64,000 nt of DNA, taken from NCBI GenBank assembly GCA_910588045.1, contig CAJUPS010000008.1:4012-68011 (forward strand), in the 5' to 3' direction. The number at the start of each line of letters is the position of its first letter. The first letter of the stretch is position 1. The notes beneath the pieces are model-generated. The model worked only from the letters and a program-made list of their open reading frames with translations. It made no database searches and was not told the DNA's origin. A program made the position numbers and the translations under genes. Source of the DNA: an uncultured Oscillospiraceae bacterium (GTDB taxonomy: Bacteria; Bacillota; Clostridia; Oscillospirales; Oscillospiraceae). This document shows positions 49,986 to 56,994 of the stretch, piece after piece.

Positions 49986-51789
49986 GACTGCCGCCCTCCT
50001 TCTTGTCCTTGTACCAGGAGCTCTGTATCTCGAACAGTTTCGCGTAGGCCCCGCCCAGATCAAGCAGCTCCCGATGGGTCCCCATCTCCGTGATGCGGCC
50101 ATTTTCCATGTAGACCACCCGGTCGCAAAACTGGGTGGACCCCAGGCGGTGGGAGATGAAGACGCTGGTCTTGTCCGCCGTCTCCCGGGCGTACTTCCGG
50201 TACAGGTCCGCCTCCGCCAAGGGGTCCAGGGCGGCGGTGGGCTCGTCCAGGATCAGCAGGGGCGCGTCCTTATAGAGCGCCCGGGCGAAGGCCAGGCGCT
50301 GCCGCTGGCCGCCGGAGAGCTCCACGCCGTCCTTCTCCATCTGCTGGGTCAAGCTGGTATCCAACCCCCTGGGCAGGGCGGTAACGGCCTCCCGCAGTCC
50401 CGCCTTATCCAGCGCCTTCCAGGCCCGCTCCCGGTCATACGCCTCCCGTCCGGCCAGGTTCTCCCCAACGGCGAAGGGCAGCAGGTTCACGTCCTGGAAC
50501 ACCGTTCCCACCAGCTTGAAGTATTCCTTCCGGCCGAACTGCTCCACAGGTATGCCGTCCATCAGAATCTCCCCGCTGTCCGGGCGGTAGAGGCCGTTCA
50601 GCAGCTTCACCAGCGTGGTCTTGCCCGCGCCGTTGAGCCCGACGAGGGCGATCTTCTCCCCCGGCTCCAGGGTGAGGCTCAGGTGGTCTATGGTCGGCGC
50701 GGACCCGCCCGGATAGGTGAAGGTCACGTCCCGCAGCTCCACCCGGGGCGGGCGGCAGACGGAATCCGCTTTCACGCCGCCGCCTGCGGGGGGTGCGTCG
50801 TCCCGCTCCATGAAGACCCGGTAGTTGTCGAAGGCAATGTTGTTGTAGAGGGTGTTGTCCGTGGTCTGGATGAACTCATTGAGCCAGGTCGTCAGGGCGG
50901 CGATGATCCCCAGGGAGAAGGTGAACCCCGCCGCGTCCGTCTCTCCCGCGAGAAACGCCGAGACCAGCACCGTATAGGCCAGAATATCCCGGAGGGCCAG
51001 GAACAGGGTATCGCTGGTCAGGGCAGCGATCCTCCTCCTGTCCAGCCCCCGCCGCCATGCCCACTCCTTCTGCAAGATCGCCCGCACGGAGGCAATGAAC
51101 CACCCCTCCATCCGGTAGAGCCGCACATCCTTTCCGTTGACCGGATCGTCGGACTGGGCGAGGAGGTAGTCCCGCTCCCGGTAGCTCTGGATGCGCTCCG
51201 GCTGCGTGCGCTCCTCATACCGTCGGATCACCGCGTCCAGCCCCATGCCGACAGCGGTCATGCCCGCCAGCACCAGCAGGATGCGCCAGTCCAGCGCCAC
51301 CGCCGCCGCCCCGTAGGTCAGGATGCCCAGCAGACTGCGCAGCCAGGGCTCCATGGCCCAGACCATGGCGTCCACGCCGCCCGCCATCGGGTTGCCCGCC
51401 ATATTCTTGGCGGCCGCCAGCCGTTTCTGGCCCTCGGCGGACTCCAGACAGCCGTAGTCCATGGTCAGGGCCTTTTCCATCAGCATCCCCACACACGCCT
51501 CCATGCGGAAGTCCTTGCGCAGGATGATGTTCCGGTTCTCCAGCCAGTCCCGCAGGAGGGTGGCGGCGGCGTAGAGGACCATCAGTCCCCCGATCACCGC
51601 CAGATACCGCCCCATGCCCCCGCCCCGGGTCAGCGCCGCCACCGCCGCCGCGGGCAGCAGGGCGGAGAGGAGCGGCAGAAGCAGCTTCATTCCCACGAGC
51701 GCCCCCAGCAGCAGGGGGAACCGTTTTTCGTACTGGACCAGCCGCTTCAGAAGCCATATCTCATTGCTGAGAGCGGAATGTCGTTTCAT
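49972..51789 (-). CDS. ABC exporter, fused permease/ATPase half-transporter, subunit 1
   Basis: ATG 51789 follows AAGGAGGG. GLNGAGKTT, LSGGQRQRLAFARAL and LLILDEPT. Confidence 0.85.
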   Translation of the reverse strand: MKRHSALSNEIWLLKRLVQYEKRFPLLLGALVGMKLLLPLLSALLPAAAVAALTRGGGMGRYLAVIGGLMVLYAAATLLRDWLENRNIILRKDFRMEACVGMLMEKALTMDYGCLESAEGQKRLAAAKNMAGNPMAGGVDAMVWAMEPWLRSLLGILTYGAAAVALDWRILLVLAGMTAVGMGLDAVIRRYEERTQPERIQSYRERDYLLAQSDDPVNGKDVRLYRMEGWFIASVRAILQKEWAWRRGLDRRRIAALTSDTLFLALRDILAYTVLVSAFLAGETDAAGFTFSLGIIAALTTWLNEFIQTTDNTLYNNIAFDNYRVFMERDDAPPAGGGVKADSVCRPPRVELRDVTFTYPGGSAPTIDHLSLTLEPGEKIALVGLNGAGKTTLVKLLNGLYRPDSGEILMDGIPVEQFGRKEYFKLVGTVFQDVNLLPFAVGENLAGREAYDRERAWKALDKAGLREAVTALPRGLDTSLTQQMEKDGVELSGGQRQRLAFARALYKDAPLLILDEPTAALDPLAEADLYRKYARETADKTSVFISHRLGSTQFCDRVVYMENGRITEMGTHRELLDLGGAYAKLFEIQSSWYKDKKEGGSHEEN

Positions 51790-51820
51790 GATACATCCCT
51801 CCTTTGCCGTTGATGGGGAC

Positions 51821-51889
51821 AGTATAGCACAACTATTCCCCAAAAAGAAAATCCGCGCACGAATTGCAGAAATTCGTGCGCGAATTGCA
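51821..51889 (-). promoter_or_regulatory. LytTR-type direct-repeat promoter in front of the ABC exporter operon
   Basis: On the minus strand, TGCAATTCG (51889-51881), a 12-nt spacer, then TGCAATTCG (51868-51860). The extended 19-mers are TGCAATTCGCGCACGAATT and TGCAATTCGTGCGCGGATT. About 30 nt further downstream is the extended -10 TGCTATACT (51829-51821). Confidence 0.6.
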
Positions 51890-51969
51890 TAGGTGGCGCG
51901 CAGCGCTGCCGGGACCGGTCGTTGGGCGCAGCCCAATGACGGTCCCCGTGCAGGCTGACCACCGGCCCG

Positions 51970-52686
51970 CTATAGGGGCAATAAAATCTCCGTGGCGAAC
52001 ACCCCCGGCTCATTCTGCCGGTTGACGTAGCCGCCGTACTTCTCCACCACCCGGTCGATGCGCTTGAGGCCGTGGCCGTGGTTCCCCCGCTTGGAGGAGA
52101 TGTAGGCCGTGTCGATCTTCCGCACGGTTTCGGCCGTGGCGTTGGAAATGGAGACGTAGAGCTGCTGCCTGAGCACGCCGATGTAGAGCCTGAGGAACCG
52201 CTGCCCCTCCTCCACCTTCTCGCAGGACTCCATCGCGTTATCGATGAGGTTTCCCAGGATGACGCACAGGTCGATGTCGGAGACGGTGAGGCTCTTGGGC
52301 GCCACGGCCCTGAAGTTGAGGTCGATGCCCTGCTTGAGCACCAGGGAGAGCTTGGCGTTGAGGATGGCGTCCACGCTGACATTTCCGGTCTCCGCCAGGG
52401 CGTGGATGCCGTCCAGATCCTTCTCCAGGCGGTCCAGGTACTCCCTGGCCCCCTCGCTCTGCCCCATGTCCAGGCGGGCCTTGAGCGTTTGCAGGTGGTT
52501 GTGGTAGTCGTGCCGCCAGCCCCGCATGGTCAGATACAGATTCTCCACCTCGGCGATCTGCCGGGCCAGGAGCTTATTCTGATAGGCGGCGATCCGCCGG
52601 TCGCCGCGCCTGTGCAGCAGCCAGACCGCCAGGACCGCGCCGAGCGCAGAGCACACGGGGACCAGCAGAAGAACAACCCAGCCCAT
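51970..52686 (-). CDS. HPK10-type (AgrC/LytS-like GHKL) histidine kinase with a single N-terminal TM helix
   Basis: 238 aa with H-box MRGWRHDYHNHLQTL, N-box LGNLIDNAME and G-box GHGHGLKRI. There is only one hydrophobic segment (residues 1-25). Confidence 0.75.
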   Translation of the reverse strand: MGWVVLLLVPVCSALGAVLAVWLLHRRGDRRIAAYQNKLLARQIAEVENLYLTMRGWRHDYHNHLQTLKARLDMGQSEGAREYLDRLEKDLDGIHALAETGNVSVDAILNAKLSLVLKQGIDLNFRAVAPKSLTVSDIDLCVILGNLIDNAMESCEKVEEGQRFLRLYIGVLRQQLYVSISNATAETVRKIDTAYISSKRGNHGHGLKRIDRVVEKYGGYVNRQNEPGVFATEILLPL

Positions 52687-52689
52687 GCC

Positions 52690-53400
52690 CTAACCCTCCC
52701 GATAGTAGTTGATAAACGCCCGGTTCAGCTTCTCCCAGGCCCCCCGGCTGACGGGGACGACGCGCTCCCCCTCCAGAGAGCACTCATTCCGCCCCACCCG
52801 CTCCACATAGCGCAGATTCACCAAAAAGCTCCGGTGTGTGGGAACAAAGTCCTCCCCCAGCCGGGAGGCCAGGGCAGAAAGGGCGGCTTTCACCGTGATC
52901 GGCCCCGCCGCCGTCTCCACCAGCACCGTATGGCCCCGGGCCTCCAGGTAGATAATGCTGTCCTCCTCCACCCGCCGCCGCTCCCCGTCCACCTCCAGCA
53001 CCACGTAGCGGCTCGTCCGGGTGATGTGCTCCAGGGCGAGATCCAGCAGGGGGAAGAGATTTTCCTCCGTCATCGGCTTCATGAGATAGCGCAGCGCGGC
53101 CACCTCGTACCCATCAAAGACGCAGCCCGAATCGTTGGTGAGAAACGCCAGCGCCACCCGGGCGTCCGTCCTGCGGATCTTCCGGGCCACCTCCAGGCCG
53201 CTGAGGTTCCCGCCCCCTAAGTCGATGTCCAGTAGGATCAGGTCGACGGGATAGCTGCCCGCCATCTCAAAGAGGAGCTCCTCCCCGCTGGCGAAGGCGC
53301 GGATATGGCAGGGGGTCCCCCGCGCCGCGCCCCAGCGTCCGGCGAGGGCGTCCAGCCGCACCGCCTGGGTCTCCTCGTCATCACAGATGGCTATGTGCAT
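52690..53400 (-). CDS. LytTR-family response regulator
   Basis: Receiver (MHIAICDDE, LILLDIDL) plus a LytTR DNA-binding domain (IIYLEARGHTVLVET..., THRSFLVNLRYVERV). Confidence 0.88.
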   Translation of the reverse strand: MHIAICDDEETQAVRLDALAGRWGAARGTPCHIRAFASGEELLFEMAGSYPVDLILLDIDLGGGNLSGLEVARKIRRTDARVALAFLTNDSGCVFDGYEVAALRYLMKPMTEENLFPLLDLALEHITRTSRYVVLEVDGERRRVEEDSIIYLEARGHTVLVETAAGPITVKAALSALASRLGEDFVPTHRSFLVNLRYVERVGRNECSLEGERVVPVSRGAWEKLNRAFINYYREG

Positions 53401-53459
53401 CGCAGCGCCTCCTCTTCCTGAAGATCTGCATCAAGGGAACCTTTCTCAAGGGGAATCGG

Positions 53460-54140
53460 TCAGGAGATCACCTGATAGCGCAGCCTGAGATAGGAGTCCT
53501 CCAGAACCGCACACTCCAGCAGCTTCAACACGCCTAATTGGGACAATTCGTCTTCAAATTGCAGCGATTTCCCATCAATCAAGGTGGATGTGTCCTTGCC
53601 GCCAATCAAAACAGGGGCAACCACAATGTCAATATAATCAAACAGCTTTTCCCGCAGGAACAGCCCGTTCAAGGTTCCCCCGCTCTGTATGGTGATCCTC
53701 TGGCAGTCATAGTCGGACTTGAGTTTTTCCAGGGCCTCCGTTAAGGACAATTCCTGCTGATAGATGATATGCAGGTTATCCTCCTTCACCTGAAACGCCG
53801 GATGGTCCGCATTGGACGTGATAAGCACAAAGTCCTTTGATAAGGCGCAAAAATAGCGAATACCATGCTCCGTCAAATGATGGTTGTCGATGAGGACAAA
53901 GGAAACGGGCAGCTTACTCGGCATCTCCTTCGTGTTGACGCCCATTTTTTCCTGTACTCTGCCGGAATTGAGCGACCACAAATCGGTGCTCTGTTCGATC
54001 TCATAATACTGGTACAGCCCCTCCTGGACGCCCATAATTTGGGGGAAATCCTTGTCCACATCAAACGCATCGGTCGCCCCCGTGCTGATTTTCCCGTCAA
54101 CAGACATCAGCATAAATAGTGTTGTAATCGGTCTTTTCAT
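53460..54140 (-). CDS. RibD C-terminal/dihydrofolate-reductase-like domain protein
   Basis: Start ATG 54140 (MKRPITTLFMLMSVDGKISTG). C-terminal motif VAPVLIGGKD. Lower GC than the flanking DNA. Confidence 0.65.
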   Translation of the reverse strand: MKRPITTLFMLMSVDGKISTGATDAFDVDKDFPQIMGVQEGLYQYYEIEQSTDLWSLNSGRVQEKMGVNTKEMPSKLPVSFVLIDNHHLTEHGIRYFCALSKDFVLITSNADHPAFQVKEDNLHIIYQQELSLTEALEKLKSDYDCQRITIQSGGTLNGLFLREKLFDYIDIVVAPVLIGGKDTSTLIDGKSLQFEDELSQLGVLKLLECAVLEDSYLRLRYQVIS

Positions 54141-54141
54141 C

Positions 54142-54462
54142 CTACTGCACCTCAATATAGTCGCTGTATGTTTCTCTCCACTTCTCCCCGGCCCAATACG
54201 CCGAGCCGTCCCGGCAGCGGTCGAGAAATTTGTACTCGAACAACTCCCGGCGGACCATCTCTACATCGCTGAAGGCAATGGCGCTCTTGATCACCTCGTT
54301 TACCTCCCTCTCGGTGTACTGCCGCCCCTCCTCGAACCGCCCGGCGATGCGCGCCAGCGCCAGGATGCGCATGGGCCTCTTCTGGGGGTACTGCACCAGC
54401 TTGTCCCCCTCCGTATAGTATCGCCGCAGCTTATCGCAATACCGCTGTACTTCTTGTTCCAT
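54142..54462 (-). CDS. DUF2087-domain protein
   Basis: 106 aa. ...KLVQYPQKRPMRILALARIAGRFEEGRQYTEREVNEVI... matches my recollection of the DUF2087 pattern. Abuts the RibD_C gene. Confidence 0.55.
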   Translation of the reverse strand: MEQEVQRYCDKLRRYYTEGDKLVQYPQKRPMRILALARIAGRFEEGRQYTEREVNEVIKSAIAFSDVEMVRRELFEYKFLDRCRDGSAYWAGEKWRETYSDYIEVQ

Positions 54463-54478
54463 TTTGCTGTCCTCCTCT

Positions 54479-54943
54479 CTACAGGTCCCTCGCCACCAGG
54501 ACGTATGCCTCCGTGCGCCTCACCTCTCGGAATCCATGGCGCAGAAACAGTCCCACGGAGGGGTTGTCCAAGGCGATGTCGTCATAAAGTCTCTCTACGC
54601 CGTTCTCCCCGGCCGCCTGGCACAGCAGCTCCAGCCCCTGTCCGCCGTAGCCCCTGCCCCGGTGGGAGGCGTGGACAATCACATCACAGAGAAACCCGCC
54701 CAGCTCCCCGTCGAAGTGGTACGCCGCCTCCCCCACGAAGCCCTCCGCGCTGCGGAGATAGCGGTAGAATCTCCCCTCCGGGTCCTCCACCCAGCGGCGA
54801 TGCCAGTCCGCCCAGCGTTCCGGCGGGAAGTCGATGGTCCCTCCATAGGCGTGGTTGTACGCCATGGTGTCCGGGTCGCTCAGAAGCGCCCGCCGGAAGG
54901 AGAGCTCCTCCAGGGCCGGGCTATACAAGGTTATCTGGGACAT
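54479..54943 (-). CDS. GNAT family N-acetyltransferase
   Basis: 154 aa with the acetyl-CoA binding motif HRGRGYGGQGLELL. Confidence 0.75.
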   Translation of the reverse strand: MSQITLYSPALEELSFRRALLSDPDTMAYNHAYGGTIDFPPERWADWHRRWVEDPEGRFYRYLRSAEGFVGEAAYHFDGELGGFLCDVIVHASHRGRGYGGQGLELLCQAAGENGVERLYDDIALDNPSVGLFLRHGFREVRRTEAYVLVARDL

Positions 54944-55040
54944 CGTATGACCTCCTTGTCAGTAGACGTCCCTTATGATACCCCATTCCCGCCCCACTGT
55001 CAACAAAAACGGACCGGAGGCATCCGCCTCCGGTCCTCGC

Positions 55041-56561
55041 TCATGCTCTCGCCCTGGGAATCAGCAGCAGCCGGTCCGGGGTGATCTGGCTCTCGTCCGC
55101 CAGCTCGTTCACGGACAGGATCCCCTCCCGGGTCGCCCGGTACTGCTTTGCCACGGCCCACAGGGTCTCCCCTGTCCCCATCTTCCGAAGGATCAGGGAC
55201 GGCGCCTGCCCCTGGTCCTGGGGCTCCTCCTCCGTCTCTCCGCCGCTGACGCACAGATACCGCCGACGGTGGACCCCCGTGATCTCGCACTCCACCGGGA
55301 AGCGCAGCTCCACGCCCTCCGGCGTGATGTTGGCAATCACGTCCCCGCGGCAGAACGCCTCCGCCTGGCAGTCCCCGCCGTCCTCCTCGTCCGGAATGGA
55401 GACGGTGAACTCCCGCCGGACGCTGCCCAGCTGGCCGCTCTCGTCCATATACAGGCACCGGGCCCAGACGGGCACCTTCCACTCGCCGCCCTCCAGCCGG
55501 GCCCCGCCGCAGCTAATGGCCGTATCCACCACCGAGCGCACCGCCGTACCCGTCTCCAGCAGCTCCCGGACGTTCTGCCGCCGGACGTTCTGCTGGCTGT
55601 CCTCGCCGATCTCCAGCTCCGTCATCTGGCAGGCCACCGGCGCGGCGGTGCTGTAGAGGTCCGCGATGAACCCAATCTCCAGCCGCTTCCACACCGTCAC
55701 CCGGGTGCACAGGGACACCGTCAGCGTCAGCGTGCAGGTGTCGTCCGGGGCGCTCTCGCTGCCCGCGCGGCAGTCCAGGCTCAAAAGCCGGTAGGCCGCC
55801 TCGCTCTCACAGTCCTCGTCGAACCCGTTTCCCTCCAGGATCTGGGAGAAGGGCAGCTCCTGTTGGAGCAGACTCAGCCGCCCCCCCGCCTCCCGATAGA
55901 GCACCGTGGCCGACAGGAACCCCTTCACCACCAGCTTGCTCCCGATGAGCTTGCTGTCCGAGCCCCGGATGTCCACCCGGGTGGACAAAATTTCCTCCGC
56001 ACCGCCCCGGCCCGGCGACAGGGGCAGCTCCTCGGAGAAGGTGAACTCCTTCTCCCGCACCCCCGCCGCCACCCGGGTCTCCTTCTTCTCCCGGAGCAGC
56101 TGGATGTTTCCCTCTTCCCCCTCCACGCCCGTGCAGACGGAGAGAGACACGTGGCGGCAGAGGGCGGGGTACAGCATCAGGTTCGCCCTGGTCAGTACCT
56201 TCCGGGGGTTGAGTACCCGGGTGTCGATGCTCCTCAGCTCTCCCCGGATGTCCAGCTCCTCGCCGTCCCCCTGTCCCTCCCCGTAGCACTGGAAGGGGAT
56301 CTGGAAGTGCAGGGAGCGCAGCCCCTCCTCCTTCTCCGGTATGTACAGCACCGACACCTCCACGTTGCCGCTGGCGCAGAAGCGTCCGTCCCCGGTCAGC
56401 TCCCGGCCCGTGAGGCACACGCAGCCGGTGGTATCCACAACGCGTGCGATGTCCCCGCAGCTGTCGGGCACGATGTTTTCCCGCATGGTCTCACAGGGGA
56501 AGGGAGCGAAACGGAGTGTTTCGTAGTATTCATGATCGGCTTTTTGCAGTTTCAGTTCCAT
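55041..56561 (-). CDS. SipL/SpoVID-like spore morphogenetic protein (DUF3794/SPOCS region plus a C-terminal LysM domain)
   Basis: ATG 56561 follows AGGAGG. C-terminal LysM (GETLWAVAKQYRATREGILSVNELADESQITPDRLLLIP). The N-terminal repeated beta-rich region resembles DUF3794. Lies next to spoVM. Confidence 0.65.
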   Translation of the reverse strand: MELKLQKADHEYYETLRFAPFPCETMRENIVPDSCGDIARVVDTTGCVCLTGRELTGDGRFCASGNVEVSVLYIPEKEEGLRSLHFQIPFQCYGEGQGDGEELDIRGELRSIDTRVLNPRKVLTRANLMLYPALCRHVSLSVCTGVEGEEGNIQLLREKKETRVAAGVREKEFTFSEELPLSPGRGGAEEILSTRVDIRGSDSKLIGSKLVVKGFLSATVLYREAGGRLSLLQQELPFSQILEGNGFDEDCESEAAYRLLSLDCRAGSESAPDDTCTLTLTVSLCTRVTVWKRLEIGFIADLYSTAAPVACQMTELEIGEDSQQNVRRQNVRELLETGTAVRSVVDTAISCGGARLEGGEWKVPVWARCLYMDESGQLGSVRREFTVSIPDEEDGGDCQAEAFCRGDVIANITPEGVELRFPVECEITGVHRRRYLCVSGGETEEEPQDQGQAPSLILRKMGTGETLWAVAKQYRATREGILSVNELADESQITPDRLLLIPRARA

Positions 56562-56627
56562 ATCTGGCGTCCTCCTTTGGCGTATGACAGACCTGCTTGC
56601 CTCATTGTATGAGGAGGACGCCTTCGG

Positions 56628-56702
56628 TTATTCCTTCATCTTGAAAATCCGCTTGAGAATCCCGTTGAGAAACTTCGGGGATTTGACAACGACGATCTTC
56701 AT
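56628..56702 (-). CDS. spoVM: Stage V sporulation protein M (24-aa amphipathic peptide), below the ORF-track size cutoff
   Basis: GAAGGAAGGAGG SD, then ATG 56702. The product MKIVVVKSPKFLNGILKRIFKMKE compares with B. subtilis SpoVM MKFYTIKLPKFLGGIVRAMLGSFRKD (from memory) through a shared MK....K.PKFL.GI core. Confidence 0.65.
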   Translation of the reverse strand: MKIVVVKSPKFLNGILKRIFKMKE

Positions 56703-56717
56703 AGCCGCCTCCTTCCT

Positions 56718-56861
56718 TCACCTGCGCATACAGCCGCAGCCGCAGGCAATCAACAGAAATGCCACAAGAAACAGAAGGAAGCCGGTCGGGAAGATCACCG
56801 CAATCAGAATGCCCAGGCCCAGCGCCGTGGCGCAGGCTCCCAGCCAACGGCAGTTTCTCAT
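56718..56861 (-). CDS. 47-aa hydrophobic sORF upstream of spoVM
   Basis: GGGGGGAGAGG SD, then ATG 56861. The product is MRNCRWLGACATALGLGILIAVIFPTGFLLFLVAFLLIACGCGCMRR (two TM segments, Cys-rich ends). Its stop is 15 nt before the spoVM ATG. Confidence 0.4.
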   Translation of the reverse strand: MRNCRWLGACATALGLGILIAVIFPTGFLLFLVAFLLIACGCGCMRR

Positions 56862-56927
56862 TTCCTCTCCCCCCTGTCTCCTGGTCTGTTACCATTATAT
56901 ACAGCCCGGCGGCGGAGGTGCAAAAGG

Positions 56928-56961
56928 AGGCCCCGGAGGGCGCGCGCGTCCTCCGGGGCCT
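56928..56961 (-). terminator. Terminator after the beta-helix protein gene
   Basis: 12-bp stem AGGCCCCGGAGG / CCTCCGGGGCCT, followed by CCTTTTG on the minus strand. Confidence 0.6.
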
Positions 56962-56994
56962 TGGGGTTGCCTTTTCTCGGGTTTTCTGAATAGG

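Noticed and set aside
56602-56895. 97-aa minus-strand ORF from the track covering the sipL-upstream spacer.
   Set aside because: It has no SD and an implausible composition. The same DNA holds two SD-preceded sORFs (the 47-aa peptide and spoVM) in a different reading frame from the 97-aa ORF, and these explain the region better.
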